A stretch of DNA of 64,000 nucleotides from Candidatus Sumerlaeia bacterium. GTDB lineage: Bacteria; Sumerlaeota; Sumerlaeia; SLMS01; JANRJK01. Under the pieces are notes generated by a model, which saw only the letters and a list, made by a program, of their open reading frames with translations, had not been told where the DNA came from and made no database searches. Positions 47,776-57,811 of the stretch are shown in pieces; the stretch's first letter is position 1; the number at the start of each line of letters is the position of its first letter. Both the position numbers and the translations under genes were made by a program. Location of the stretch: the NCBI GenBank assembly GCA_033764015.1, contig JANRJK010000013.1, forward strand, positions 384,001 through 448,000, written 5' to 3'.

Positions 47776-48791
47776 GGGGAGGGGGTCCGTTCCTCGGCGA
47801 GCAGCTCCCGGGCGATCTCCGACCGGTCCACCGTGGCGACTCCCACCTTGCCGACCACGATCCCCGAGGCGGTGTTCCCCAGATGCGCCGCGGCTTCCAG
47901 ACTGCCGCCGCCAAGGCGGGCAAGCGTGCTGACGGCGATGAAGGTGTCGCCCGCGCCGGTCACGTCGAAGACTTCACGCGCCCTCGCGGGCAGGTGCACC
48001 GCCGCGCCGCGCTTCGGAAAGACCGAGACTCCCTTCGGGCCGCGGGTGATGAAGACGGCCTCCGCGCGGACCTGGCGGAGCAGCCGGCGCCCCGCCTCCG
48101 CGAGCGCCGCCTCGTCCGCGATCAGCACGCCGCTCGCCTCCTGCGCCTCCTTCTGGTTCGGAGTCAGGTAGGTCGCGCCCTCGTAGCGCCGGTAGTCGTA
48201 GCCCTTCGGATCGACGAAGACCGGCTTGCCTGCGTCGCGGGCGAGCGCAAGCAGCCCGGGCAGCACCTCGGGGCCGAGCACGCCCTTGCCGTAGTCGCTG
48301 ACAATCACGCCGTCCACGCGGCGGAGCGCCGACTGCGCCGCCGCGCGGAGTTTCTTCGCGACGGCCGCGGACGCGGGCGCGGCGATCTCGCGGTCGAGTC
48401 GGAGCATCTGCTGACCACCCGCCACGCAGCGCGTCTTACGCGTGGTGGGGCGGGCCGGATCGCGCACGAGCCGCGCCTGGAGCCGCCCGGATACCGCCGC
48501 CAGCTCCTCGAGCCGGGAGGCGAAGGTGTCCTCCCCGCAGAGGCCAACGAGTTCGACCCGGGCGCCCAGCGCGGCGAGGTTCTGCGCCACGTTGCCGGCG
48601 CCCCCCAGCAGGTATTCGTCCTGCTCGACCGTGAGGACCGGGACGGGCGCTTCCGGCGAGACGCGCGTGACCACGCCCCGGACGTAGTGGTCGAGGATCA
48701 CATCGCCGACGACGAGGACGCGGCGCTCGGCGAACGTCTCGAGGAGCGCGGCGAGGCTGGGGGCGGTGGTGTCCGGAGAGTGTCTGGGCAA
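47772..48791 (-). CDS. rfaE1: D-glycero-D-manno-heptose-7-phosphate kinase (stand-alone RfaE1/HldA domain)
   Basis: VGDVILDHY, RVSPEAPVPV, GGAGNVA, SDYGKG, VDPKG, TPNQKE, DVTGAGDT. Confidence 0.93.
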   Translation of the reverse strand: MPRHSPDTTAPSLAALLETFAERRVLVVGDVILDHYVRGVVTRVSPEAPVPVLTVEQDEYLLGGAGNVAQNLAALGARVELVGLCGEDTFASRLEELAAVSGRLQARLVRDPARPTTRKTRCVAGGQQMLRLDREIAAPASAAVAKKLRAAAQSALRRVDGVIVSDYGKGVLGPEVLPGLLALARDAGKPVFVDPKGYDYRRYEGATYLTPNQKEAQEASGVLIADEAALAEAGRRLLRQVRAEAVFITRGPKGVSVFPKRGAAVHLPARAREVFDVTGAGDTFIAVSTLARLGGGSLEAAAHLGNTASGIVVGKVGVATVDRSEIARELLAEERTPSP

Positions 48792-48849
48792 TGGCTCGGG
48801 CCCGTGTGGAGTGCCAAGCGACCAAGCGGGCCAGCGGGGCCGCGGAGCC

Positions 48850-49251
48850 TCAAGGAGAAACGCCGCTGTCGCTCGAACGCGCCTCGAGGATCGCCAGCAG
48901 GTCCGGGATCTTGAAGGGCCGCGGAAGCGGATGAACCCCCTGAGGGATCTCGTGCTCGCCGTGGATCGCGTGCGCGGTGCAGAACGGTGTGGTGATCACG
49001 ACCGCCGTCCCCGCGGCGACCTCGTCGATGTGCCCCTTGATGTCCCGCTCGAAGAAGCGCAGGTCGGCCACGATCGCGCCCAGGCGCCTCGGCCCGCGGC
49101 GGATCGCCTCCGAGAGCGACTCCTCCGGACGGTGCACCTCGACATCGTAGCCCTCGCGCGCGAGCGACCGCCGGAGCACTTCCCTCAACACGGGATCGTC
49201 TTCGCAGAGCAGAACCGTCTTCGCACCCATCGTCGCCGCCCCTTGCATCAT
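48850..49251 (-). CDS. Single-domain response regulator receiver (atypical)
   Basis: VLLCEDD, IVADL, LPRPF in place of L-x-KPF. Start may be ATG 49230. Confidence 0.65.
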   Translation of the reverse strand: MMQGAATMGAKTVLLCEDDPVLREVLRRSLAREGYDVEVHRPEESLSEAIRRGPRRLGAIVADLRFFERDIKGHIDEVAAGTAVVITTPFCTAHAIHGEHEIPQGVHPLPRPFKIPDLLAILEARSSDSGVSP

Positions 49252-49321
49252 CGCTAACCCAAGCGCCCCGCATCCGCAACCGGAGAGCAGTACACGCGCA
49301 GGCTCCTTGGGATCCGAAGCG

Positions 49322-50029
49322 CTACAGCCAGCGCTCGAACCATTCGACTGTGCGCCGCCAGCACTCGGCCCAATCGTCCCCGCGCATCATGTGGCCCGAC
49401 TCGGGGTACTCGATGTAGGCGTGGCGGTCGGGGTCGCCGAACTGCTCTGCGAGGCTCCGATGGAAGTCCCTCGCCCGGTCCGGCGGAACCAGATCGTCGC
49501 GTCCGGCGGTCTGCGACAGGAGGGCGGGCGCGCGGAAGCGCTCGATCCGGTCGGCGGGGGAGGGCAGGGGGTCGTTCCAGCGGGGCGAGCCCAGCACCGC
49601 GACGGCGGCCTTGAAGCGGGGCTCGATCACCAGCGCCTGATAGGCGAGGTGGCCGCCCATGGAGATTCCGCAGACGCCGAGCCGGTCCTCGTAGGCGGCG
49701 CGCTCCGCGATCAGTTCGTTGAGCAGCCCCGGGATTTCGGCGGCGCCTCTGCGGATCGCGTCGTGGAAGCGCTCGCGGAAGTCCGGCGCCTCCGGATCGA
49801 GGTGCCGGCGGGTCTCCTCCGTCGAGCGCTCGCCGTGCCCCCACTGGTCGACGCCGACGGCGAGGAAGCCCGCGCGCGCCAGCGCCTCGAGCTCCGCGAG
49901 GTTCGCGTCCTTGTGCGACCAGAGGCCGTGGTACATGAGCACCGTGCCGCGGCGGGCGGCGTCGCGGGCGCCACCCTCGGAGAGGAGCAGCAGCCGCGAT
50001 TCGTCGAGTTGGATTCGCTGGATCAGCAT
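49322..50029 (-). CDS. Alpha/beta-fold esterase
   Basis: YHG, GHGER, GISMGG, DDLVP, GH. Confidence 0.88.
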   Translation of the reverse strand: MLIQRIQLDESRLLLLSEGGARDAARRGTVLMYHGLWSHKDANLAELEALARAGFLAVGVDQWGHGERSTEETRRHLDPEAPDFRERFHDAIRRGAAEIPGLLNELIAERAAYEDRLGVCGISMGGHLAYQALVIEPRFKAAVAVLGSPRWNDPLPSPADRIERFRAPALLSQTAGRDDLVPPDRARDFHRSLAEQFGDPDRHAYIEYPESGHMMRGDDWAECWRRTVEWFERWL

Positions 50030-50047
50030 GGTCGGGCCGGGGCGCCG

Positions 50048-50569
50048 CTACTCGGACTCGACCACGGCCTCGGAATGGACGCGGAAGCCCTCGAGCGCCT
50101 TGCGGCCGGGGAGGAAGCCGAGCTCGATGAGGAACCAGATCTCGTCCACTTCCGCGCCGAGCTCCTTCACCAGCTCCGCGGCCGCGCGCGCGGTTCCGCC
50201 GGTCGCGAGCAAGTCGTCCACCAGCACCACGCGGTCCCCGGGGCCGAGCGCGTCCTCGTGCACCTCGATGGTGGCCTCGCCGTACTCCAGGGAGTAGGAG
50301 CGGCGGCGCGTCTTCGCGGGCAGTTTGCCCGCCTTGCGGATCGGCACGAAGCCGAGGCCGAGCGAATGCGCCAGCACCGCGCCGAACAGGAACCCGCGGG
50401 ATTCGACGCCGACGACCTTCGTCAGGCCGCGTCCGCCGTAGCGCTCCTCCATGCCGGCGATGACGGCGGCGAACGCCTCCGGGTCGGCCAGCAGCGAGGT
50501 GATGTCCTTGAACATGATCCCGGGCTTGGGGAAGTCGGGGATCGTGCGGACCTTCGAGAGGATGTCCAT
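50048..50569 (-). CDS. apt: Adenine phosphoribosyltransferase
   Basis: IPDFPKPGIMFKDI, ESRGF, RKAGKLP, LEYG, VDDLLATGGT. Confidence 0.97.
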   Translation of the reverse strand: MDILSKVRTIPDFPKPGIMFKDITSLLADPEAFAAVIAGMEERYGGRGLTKVVGVESRGFLFGAVLAHSLGLGFVPIRKAGKLPAKTRRRSYSLEYGEATIEVHEDALGPGDRVVLVDDLLATGGTARAAAELVKELGAEVDEIWFLIELGFLPGRKALEGFRVHSEAVVESE

Positions 50570-50583
50570 GCGTTGCGGACCTT

Positions 50584-51594
50584 TCAGGAGTGGCGGACCA
50601 GCCAGCCTTGGAAACCGAGGCCGTCGAGGAACCGCGCCGCGTCGTCGGCGCCGGCGTCGGAGAGCAATTCCACCGCGTGGAGCCAGGGGAGCAACGCCTC
50701 GATGAGCTGCCGGGACTCGAAGCCGGGCTTCGGCGCCGCGGCGTCCCAACGGAGCAGGACGCCTGCGCGCGCGGGGGGCGCCTGCGCGAGGAAGCGGAAC
50801 ATGCCGAGCAGCTCGTCCTCGCTGAACGCGCGCATGCGCAACTCGCCGCAGATGCGGTAGCCGTCCGCGTGCGCCGCGGGGCCCCACTCCTTGAACAGCA
50901 GCGAGAGGCGCTCCCGGCCCTCCGCCGTCGAAGGATCCGCCGGCATGGAGAGCGCGCGTGGGCGAAGGTACTCGGTGTTGGAGCGCATCATCCGGTCGGA
51001 GAAGAAGAGGCGGAGCTCGGAGAGGTCGAAGTCCAGCGACAGGGCGAGCGTCGCCTTCCCACCCTGCGCCATGAGCCTGCGGTACTCCTTCAGCTGGCCC
51101 TGCGACAGCGCTCCGGGGTTCGCGCGCAGGAGCACATCCTGTCCCGGGTGGTCCGTCAGCGCGACCGGCTCGAAGGTGGCGTCCAACTCCATGGCGACAA
51201 CGACGCCCCGGAGGCCGGCCCTGGGCGGAACGGGCGCCGCTGGCGCGGGCGCGGCGGCGTCGAGCGGTGCGGGGCGGAAGGGCGGCAGGGGGCGTTCCGA
51301 AAGGCGCAGCACGCGCGCGGGCGCGCTGTCGGCGGCGAGCGAGGCGTCCTCGCCCGCGGGAAGCAGGGCCATCTGGCCCGCGCCGATGTGGTCCTGCCCG
51401 CCTCCGCGGCGCAGCAACGCCGTCCCTTCCACCACGAGAATGTACTGCGGGGCGTCGGAGCGGAGCGGAATCGCCGCCGAGCCCGGCGCCGGGCGCAGCT
51501 CCTCCACCGCGTCGACCGCGGCCCATCCGGGCCGCAGCCATTGGTGCCGGTCGAAGGGAAAGACGTTCATGGTCTGGTCGTTACCGTGCGTCAC
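50584..51594 (-). CDS. Hypothetical protein: cupin-like N-terminus, Pro/Ala linker, unknown C-terminal domain
   Basis: YILVVEG...IGAGQMALLPAG cupin-like motif without His ligands. Start may be ATG 51570. Confidence 0.6.
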   Translation of the reverse strand: MTHGNDQTMNVFPFDRHQWLRPGWAAVDAVEELRPAPGSAAIPLRSDAPQYILVVEGTALLRRGGGQDHIGAGQMALLPAGEDASLAADSAPARVLRLSERPLPPFRPAPLDAAAPAPAAPVPPRAGLRGVVVAMELDATFEPVALTDHPGQDVLLRANPGALSQGQLKEYRRLMAQGGKATLALSLDFDLSELRLFFSDRMMRSNTEYLRPRALSMPADPSTAEGRERLSLLFKEWGPAAHADGYRICGELRMRAFSEDELLGMFRFLAQAPPARAGVLLRWDAAAPKPGFESRQLIEALLPWLHAVELLSDAGADDAARFLDGLGFQGWLVRHS

Positions 51595-51648
51595 TTGGAC
51601 CGGAGCGCCGGCGCAGGTGTCAACCGGGTCGGCTACCCCGGGTGATCG

Positions 51649-53316
51649 TCAGTACAGGAACCACCCGGAGCCGGAACCGGGCGCCGGACCGTTCGGCAGC
51701 CCCGGCGTGGCATCGCGCGGGATGCCCCAGCCGGCGAAATCGTTCGCGCTGCCGTCGCCGAGGAACCGCGCCAGTGCCTGGTCGGATGGGGCGCTGCCCG
51801 CGCCGAAGGTGGTTTGCTGAGCGGTCCCGAGCGTGATGGTCGCGGATGTCGCGGAGGCGGTGCGGAAGTAGCGCGATGTCTGCGGCGTGGTGGCTGCGTA
51901 GAGGTACGCCTCGACCACGGCATCGCGCCGCGCCGCCAAGTCGGTGCTGTCGACACGCAGCAGCGCCAGCGCCGAATCGTCGAAGTTGGTCAGCGAGAAG
52001 GCGGTGTCCTGCCGGTGGCGCGAGTCCGTGGCGGATTCGATCGGCGCCGCGATCGCTGCGGAAGAAGCGTTCCCGTCGTACAGCACGAACACCCCGTTGG
52101 GCGGCACGATGCCGCGCAGGTCGATCCGGGAGGATTCGTTCTCCGACCCCGGGGCCGAAGTGGGCAGGGCGGAGTTCGAGAGCGCCAGCCAGTAATCGTC
52201 CGGAGCCTCCAGGTTGACCGGGGTGCCGGACAAGTTCACTAGCTCGACGAAGGTGCGGTCGTCGCCTCCGATGTCGTTGAAGCTGAACTCGTTGATGAGG
52301 ACTCTTGGCGGCTCGGTCGCGCCGGGGGCGAAGTCCGCCACGAGTGGCAGGTGGTCCGCCGCGTTGGCGGAGTCGCCCGACTGCAGTCCCGCCGCCGCGA
52401 GCGCGCCCGCGGACATGGTGGCGCTGTTGAGGATGAACACGCTCTCCGCCCGCAGCACCGAGTCGGTGAAGTAGATCCGATCGAGCCGCGAATCGGGGCC
52501 GCTGCTCGGCTGCGTCCAAGAGCGGTTGTTGTTCCAATCGTAGGGCGCGGCGTCGCCGAGGCGCGTGCCGTCCCAGTCCTGCGGACCATCCGCCCCCCAG
52601 GTTGCGTTGTCGAACAGGTCCCCATCGAGCAGCGTGCGCATCGAGAAGTATGGTGCCAAGTCGCCTTGGTCCTCGAAGCCGAGGTTGAAGTCGCCGAGCG
52701 CGACGAGCGGCGTGCCGGCCGGAAGCGTGATCGTCCCTCCCGCGGTCCGCAGGTCGCGCATCCAACTGGCGACCGCATCCGCGTGGACCTGCCGCCGCTG
52801 GTGGTCCGATTCCGTGCCGCCGGACTTGAAGTGCACGTTCATCGCGTAGAGGTTCGCGCCGCCGAACACCGCGTCCGGCAGGTCCACCAGTCCGCACAGG
52901 ACGCCGCGCACCTCCGACGCGGGGCTCGTGTCGGTGCGGGTCAGCGAGAGCGGGAACCGGGTGGCGAGCGCGCATTGGATGAAGCCGTCGCTCTGGCCCA
53001 TGGCGACCGTCCATGTCTGGCCGGGGAAGTAGGATTCGAGGCGCGCCTTGATCGCCGCCGCCCTCGCCGTGTTGTTCGACGCCAGCGTGAGGGGGATTTC
53101 CTGGAAGGCGATCACGTCGGGGCGGAGCGCGAGGAAGATGCGCTGGAAGGCCGGGTCCCGGTCGGGGGTTGCGATGAAGTTGCGCTCCACGTTGTACGAT
53201 ACCACGCGCACATGGGCGGGGTCGGCGCGCTCGAAGTCCCCCGTGCGCGGATCGAAGCCCCACGCGCCGCCGGCGGCCGCCAGCGCGAGCGCCGCGGGGA
53301 GGGCGAGCGATCTCAC
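51649..53316 (-). CDS. Secreted endonuclease/exonuclease/phosphatase-family enzyme with lamin-tail-like domain and GWFLY tail
   Basis: Signal peptide; VVSYNV, DVIAFQE, HFKS, GDFN, LDRIY, DHLPL; VLINEF...FVELVN...ATPGLPN; GTGA overlap start. Confidence 0.88.
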   Translation of the reverse strand: MRSLALPAALALAAAGGAWGFDPRTGDFERADPAHVRVVSYNVERNFIATPDRDPAFQRIFLALRPDVIAFQEIPLTLASNNTARAAAIKARLESYFPGQTWTVAMGQSDGFIQCALATRFPLSLTRTDTSPASEVRGVLCGLVDLPDAVFGGANLYAMNVHFKSGGTESDHQRRQVHADAVASWMRDLRTAGGTITLPAGTPLVALGDFNLGFEDQGDLAPYFSMRTLLDGDLFDNATWGADGPQDWDGTRLGDAAPYDWNNNRSWTQPSSGPDSRLDRIYFTDSVLRAESVFILNSATMSAGALAAAGLQSGDSANAADHLPLVADFAPGATEPPRVLINEFSFNDIGGDDRTFVELVNLSGTPVNLEAPDDYWLALSNSALPTSAPGSENESSRIDLRGIVPPNGVFVLYDGNASSAAIAAPIESATDSRHRQDTAFSLTNFDDSALALLRVDSTDLAARRDAVVEAYLYAATTPQTSRYFRTASATSATITLGTAQQTTFGAGSAPSDQALARFLGDGSANDFAGWGIPRDATPGLPNGPAPGSGSGWFLY

Positions 53317-54584
53317 TTCGGCGCTTCGGGCGCGTCGAGCTGCCCGGGCTTCATGTGCACGGCCCCCGCGTAGAACAGCCCGATCACCGTGATCGGCGCC
53401 CATTGGAAGAAATGGCAGACCATGGTGTAGCCCAGCGCGAGCGCGCGTCCCTCCGGCGTCGCCGGCACCAGGCCGAGCACCAGCATCGAGACGATGCCGC
53501 CGACCTCGTAAAGGCCCCAGAATCCCGGCGCGGAGGGCAAGCTGATGGCGATCGCGGTGATCACGAGGAACGCCACCGCGTGCGCCATCGTCATTTCGAC
53601 TTCGGGGAAGCCCCACGACATGACGAGGAAGCTGAACGCGCCCAGCACCCAGATGCCGAGCGAGTGGAAGCAGGCGAGGGCCACGGCCTTCGGGCTCCGC
53701 AGCGAGGAGAAGCCGTCGGTGAACTTGTGGAAGAGCCCGCTCAGGAAGCCGCGGATCCCGGGCGACAGCAGCGGGGCGCGTTCGATCACGAAAAGGACGA
53801 TCTTCCGCACCGGGGGCGCCAGGCACGACAGCGCTCCCCCCAGCAGCACGCCCACCATCAGGGAGAGCTTGCCCGACATGGCGCGGAAGTTCTCCGCGTT
53901 CAGCTCGTACACCTGGCCGAGCACGATGGTGCGGGTCTGGTCGAAGGGCTGCAGCGCGAAGGTGAGCGCCGCGAGCGCCGCCAGCGATCCGCCAACCAGA
54001 TACGTCGCGCCGGAAAGCTCGGGGCGCGCCTTCCGCTGCCAGTAGCCGACCGCGAGCAGCGCGGCGCCGGGCAGCGCCATGCCGAGCGATAGCAGCGCGT
54101 TCAACTGCCAACCGGTGAACTGGCGCCGGCCGTCCCACACCTCCTGCACGTCCGGGTTGAACGGCAGCACGTACGGCACGACCGCGAAGAGCAGTAGCAG
54201 CGCGAGCGCGTCGAGGATGCGCTCGAGCACCACGGAGGCGAATCCGGCGGGGAAGGGGATATCCTCCGTCTTGGCGAGCGCCAGCGGACGGGCCACCTCG
54301 CCGGCGCGCAGCGGGAAGATCGAGTTAAACGCCATGCCGATCATGAGCGGCCCGAACAGCCGCCGCGGGCCGACGTCCTTGGCGGGGGCCAGCAGCACGC
54401 GCCAACGCACCGCGCGCCACCACATCTGCGCCAGCGTCACCGCCACGAACGGCAGCACCCACACCCAGCGCACCTGCCCGAGCGCGGCGCCCAATTGCGC
54501 CAGGTCGATGGACCGGAACGCGAGGAACAGGAAGAGGCCGCTGATGGCGAAGCCGACCGAGGCCTGTAGCAATTTCTTGGACAT
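53313..54584 (-). CDS. Lysylphosphatidylglycerol-synthase TM (flippase-like) family membrane protein
   Basis: RAVRWRVLL, FNSIFPLRAGE, ERILD, LPSAPGFWG.YE. Start re-assigned to MSKKLL. Confidence 0.88.
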   Translation of the reverse strand: MSKKLLQASVGFAISGLFLFLAFRSIDLAQLGAALGQVRWVWVLPFVAVTLAQMWWRAVRWRVLLAPAKDVGPRRLFGPLMIGMAFNSIFPLRAGEVARPLALAKTEDIPFPAGFASVVLERILDALALLLLFAVVPYVLPFNPDVQEVWDGRRQFTGWQLNALLSLGMALPGAALLAVGYWQRKARPELSGATYLVGGSLAALAALTFALQPFDQTRTIVLGQVYELNAENFRAMSGKLSLMVGVLLGGALSCLAPPVRKIVLFVIERAPLLSPGIRGFLSGLFHKFTDGFSSLRSPKAVALACFHSLGIWVLGAFSFLVMSWGFPEVEMTMAHAVAFLVITAIAISLPSAPGFWGLYEVGGIVSMLVLGLVPATPEGRALALGYTMVCHFFQWAPITVIGLFYAGAVHMKPGQLDAPEAPK

Positions 54585-55426
54585 CAACCGGCCACCGCCT
54601 CGAACCGCATCGCTTCCGGGTGGAAGATCCGCAGGTAGATCGCCAGCGGGATCGCCGTGTAGAGCACCGCGTCGAGCATGTCGAGGAAGCCGCCGTGGCC
54701 GCCGAGGCTCGGCCCGCTGTCCTTCACCCCGGCATCGCGCTTCACCATCGACTCGACCAGGTCGCCCACCTGCGTCGTGGTGCAAAAGAAGAGCGCGAAG
54801 GCGATGACCTCGAACCAGGTGACGTCCATCCAGTGCTTCTGGAACACCATCTTCGCGACGATCACTCCGACCAGCGCTCCGGCGTAGCCACCGATGGAGC
54901 CCTCGATCGTCTTCCCCGGGCTCACGCGCGGGATCAGCTTGTGGCGGCCCAGCGCCTTGCCGACGAAGAGCGCGGTGCTGTCGGTCAGGAAGACGACCAC
55001 CAGCGCCAGCACGATCCAGCGCACCGCGAGGTCCGCCGGGTGCATGAAGAGCGCGGCCCAGATGGCGCTCGGCAGGCCGATGTAGACGACGACCCCGATC
55101 GTGGCGGCGACGTCGCGGAACGCACCGCCGACGTCGGCGCCGCGGAGCCGCAGCGCGAACGCCATGCTCGCGATGGCGCCGAGGATGAGCACCGAGAACT
55201 CGAGGTGGAAGAACGCCCCTTCGAGCACCAGGGCGGCCACGCCGCCAAGGGCCACCCGCTTGCGGATGCCGACGCCCTGGCCGCGGAACATGTGGCGGAC
55301 TTCCTGCACGCACGCCACCGCGGTGGCGGCGATGAACGCCACGATCATCCAGCGCATTCCGGGTAGAAGGATGCTGGCGATCAGCAGCGATAGGAAGAGG
55401 GCGGCGACGGCGATGCGTCCCATCAT
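54584..55426 (-). CDS. cdsA: Phosphatidate cytidylyltransferase
   Basis: DSTALFVG, SPGKTIEG, GDLVESMVKRDAGVKDSG, GHGGFLD. Confidence 0.95.
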   Translation of the reverse strand: MMGRIAVAALFLSLLIASILLPGMRWMIVAFIAATAVACVQEVRHMFRGQGVGIRKRVALGGVAALVLEGAFFHLEFSVLILGAIASMAFALRLRGADVGGAFRDVAATIGVVVYIGLPSAIWAALFMHPADLAVRWIVLALVVVFLTDSTALFVGKALGRHKLIPRVSPGKTIEGSIGGYAGALVGVIVAKMVFQKHWMDVTWFEVIAFALFFCTTTQVGDLVESMVKRDAGVKDSGPSLGGHGGFLDMLDAVLYTAIPLAIYLRIFHPEAMRFEAVAG

Positions 55427-55496
55427 GGCGCGTTCACGCTCCGGCGCTCCATCGGGGCGGCAGCGGCGCCTCGGGGAAAGCGCAATCGAGGGCCGC

Positions 55497-57776
55497 TCAA
55501 GGATCGAGGAGCCCGGCGGCGAGCGCGAGTTGCAGGAACTCGCCGTCTTGCCATCCCGCGTCGATCAGCCGCCGCGCGGGGAGTTCCGCGGTGTCGCGCT
55601 GGCGCAGCCGCAGCAGGGCCACCGCGTAGGGGCCGAGCGCGTCGCCCGGGGCGGCGTCAGCCGCGGCCGCCTCCGCCGGCGCCTTGAGCTGCGCCGCGGC
55701 GAGCTGCCATGCGGCGTGCGCCTCCTCCGGGCGCTCCAGCCGCCACAGGTTGCGCCCCCGCGAAAGGTTCAGCCTTCCGGCCCAGGCGCGCACCTCGCGC
55801 GTCCGCGCCTCGTCCTCCTGCGCCCCCACGGGAGCCAGGAGCTCCGCGGGCACGCGCGCCAGCGCGGAGTCCAGCTCCGCGACCGCCTCCTCGTAGAGCG
55901 CCTGCCGCTCGAGCGCGGAGGCGAGGCTCTCGCTTGAGCGCGCGAAGTCGCGCCAGGTCTCGATGCTCAGCGGGTTGGTCGCGTAGAGGCGCGTGGCGGT
56001 CGCGTGCGCGAGGCGGTACGCGGAAATGGCGTCCTCCAGGCGGCCCCGGGAGCGGAACACGTCGCCGACGGCGCGCAGACCCCCGGCCCGCTGGCGGAGC
56101 GCGGCGACCCCGCTCCCGGTGTCGCGCGAGTCCATCATGTACTTGAGCGCACGGTCCGCGCCCTCCTCGAGCAGGTCCAGGCGGCCGATGCCGTCCAGGG
56201 TGCGCGCGAGGTCGAAGAGCACGTAGTTCGAGAGCGCGTCGGCGCGGTCGCGCTGTTCGAAGGCCTGCTCCAGCGCGGCGTCCGCCTCGTAGGCGCGCCT
56301 TCCCGCCATGATCGCGAGCACGAGCACCGCGACGATCAGCGAAACGGAGGCGACCGTCAGCACGCGGCGCTGGCGGCCGGAGCGGTCGAGCTGCGCCTCC
56401 AGCCCGTTCGCCCGGGCGTTCAGCTCCTCGCGCAGCGAGTGGTTCTCGAGGCGCCCCGCCATGGTGCGAGCGAGGATCAGGTCGCGGTTCGCGAGCGCCG
56501 CCTCCGCGAACCGCACCAGCACCGCCGCGTGGAGCCGGGCGGCGGCGCGGTTGCCCGGCCAAAGCCCGCGCGCCCGCACGAGGAGCGTGTCCATCTCCGC
56601 GAGCCCCGAGTAGCCGGGCTCCCCCTCGTCCGACATCTCCTGCGCGCGCTCCGTGAGCTGCTCCGACTCGCGGCGCCGGCCCTCGCCCTTGAGGTAGGAG
56701 TTCACGCGCTCGATGAACTCCGCCGCGGAGCGCACCCTCGTCCTGGGGTCCGGATTCATCGCCTGCAGCGCGAGCTGCGACAGCTCCGAGGGGATCTCGC
56801 GGTCCGTCGCGCGCTCCTCCGGGGGGATCACCTGCCCCGACATCGCCTTCAGGAACGACTCCTGGGCGGTGGTGCCTTCGTGCGGGGTGTACCCCGTCAG
56901 CAGGTAGTAGAGGGTTCCGCCGAGCAGGTAGACGTCGGTGTGCGGGCCGATCCGGGCGCAGGTCTTTTCGGTCTGCTCCGGGGCCATGAAGGCCGCCGTG
57001 CCGCTCGGGTTCGCCGCCGTCTCCAGCGTCGGGGCGAGGCCGGACTCCAGCAGGTCGCCCCCTTCCTTCGCCGCCTTCTTGGCGTCGTAGACGACGGCGA
57101 GGCCCCAGTCCATCAGCAGCACTTCGCCGAACTCTCCGACCATCACCTGCGACGGCTTCAGGTCCCGGTGCACGATGCCGCGGCTATGCGCGAACGCGAC
57201 GCCTTGCGCCATGCCCACGAGGATCGGGAGGTGCTTCAGGAGGAACTCCTCCACGCTCAGCGAAACGAAGTCCTCGTAGATGCTCTGCTCCCAGACGCGC
57301 CCGTGCACCAGCTTCATCGCGAGCTGCGGGAGGCCCTTCGGATCGTTGCCGAGATCGTGGATCGGGAGGATGTTGGGGTGGTCGAGGATCGCCGCGGTGA
57401 GCGCCTCCTGCCGGAAGGTGCGCTCCAAATGGACGCGGGTGGAGGCGGGCACCCTTTCCGGGTCCAGCAGGTCGGCGCGGAGCCGCTTCACGGCGATGGT
57501 CCGCCCGAGGGAGCGCTGCGTCGCCGTCCAGATCTCGCCGAAGCCCCCCTTCGCGAGGAGCACCTTCAGGCGGAAGGGGTTCTCGCGGCGGTGCGGCAGC
57601 CCGTCCTCGACGGCGGAGGCGAAGTCGAAGTCCTCCGCCTCGTCCACCTCGAAGCCGAGCTGGGCGGGCGTCGGCAGGGGGAGTGTCTTCGCCGGGTTGA
57701 ACGACGCGCGCGGATCGTCCGGCAGCTCCGGGAGCTGCGGCGTGTCCAGGTCGTCGTCCAAGCGCCGTGTGTCCAT
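55497..57776 (-). CDS. Hanks-type Ser/Thr protein kinase with TM helix and TPR-like C-terminus
   Basis: GGFGEI, AVKR, HPNI, HRDLKP, MDWG, GT..FMAPE, DVYLLG. Start re-assigned to MDTRRL. Confidence 0.9.
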   Translation of the reverse strand: MDTRRLDDDLDTPQLPELPDDPRASFNPAKTLPLPTPAQLGFEVDEAEDFDFASAVEDGLPHRRENPFRLKVLLAKGGFGEIWTATQRSLGRTIAVKRLRADLLDPERVPASTRVHLERTFRQEALTAAILDHPNILPIHDLGNDPKGLPQLAMKLVHGRVWEQSIYEDFVSLSVEEFLLKHLPILVGMAQGVAFAHSRGIVHRDLKPSQVMVGEFGEVLLMDWGLAVVYDAKKAAKEGGDLLESGLAPTLETAANPSGTAAFMAPEQTEKTCARIGPHTDVYLLGGTLYYLLTGYTPHEGTTAQESFLKAMSGQVIPPEERATDREIPSELSQLALQAMNPDPRTRVRSAAEFIERVNSYLKGEGRRRESEQLTERAQEMSDEGEPGYSGLAEMDTLLVRARGLWPGNRAAARLHAAVLVRFAEAALANRDLILARTMAGRLENHSLREELNARANGLEAQLDRSGRQRRVLTVASVSLIVAVLVLAIMAGRRAYEADAALEQAFEQRDRADALSNYVLFDLARTLDGIGRLDLLEEGADRALKYMMDSRDTGSGVAALRQRAGGLRAVGDVFRSRGRLEDAISAYRLAHATATRLYATNPLSIETWRDFARSSESLASALERQALYEEAVAELDSALARVPAELLAPVGAQEDEARTREVRAWAGRLNLSRGRNLWRLERPEEAHAAWQLAAAQLKAPAEAAAADAAPGDALGPYAVALLRLRQRDTAELPARRLIDAGWQDGEFLQLALAAGLLDP

Positions 57777-57811
57777 TGGGCCCGCCGCAGCGAATTCGGA
57801 AGGCGATGCCC

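Noticed and set aside
805..50029. Trp near the C-terminus in the esterase (VWEFFAVER), AKR (PAWFRK), CAP lipoprotein (VWEFESR) and hydrolase (WFERWL)
   Set aside because: Either part of the family fold, lacking a signal peptide, or differently spaced; not counted as sorting tails
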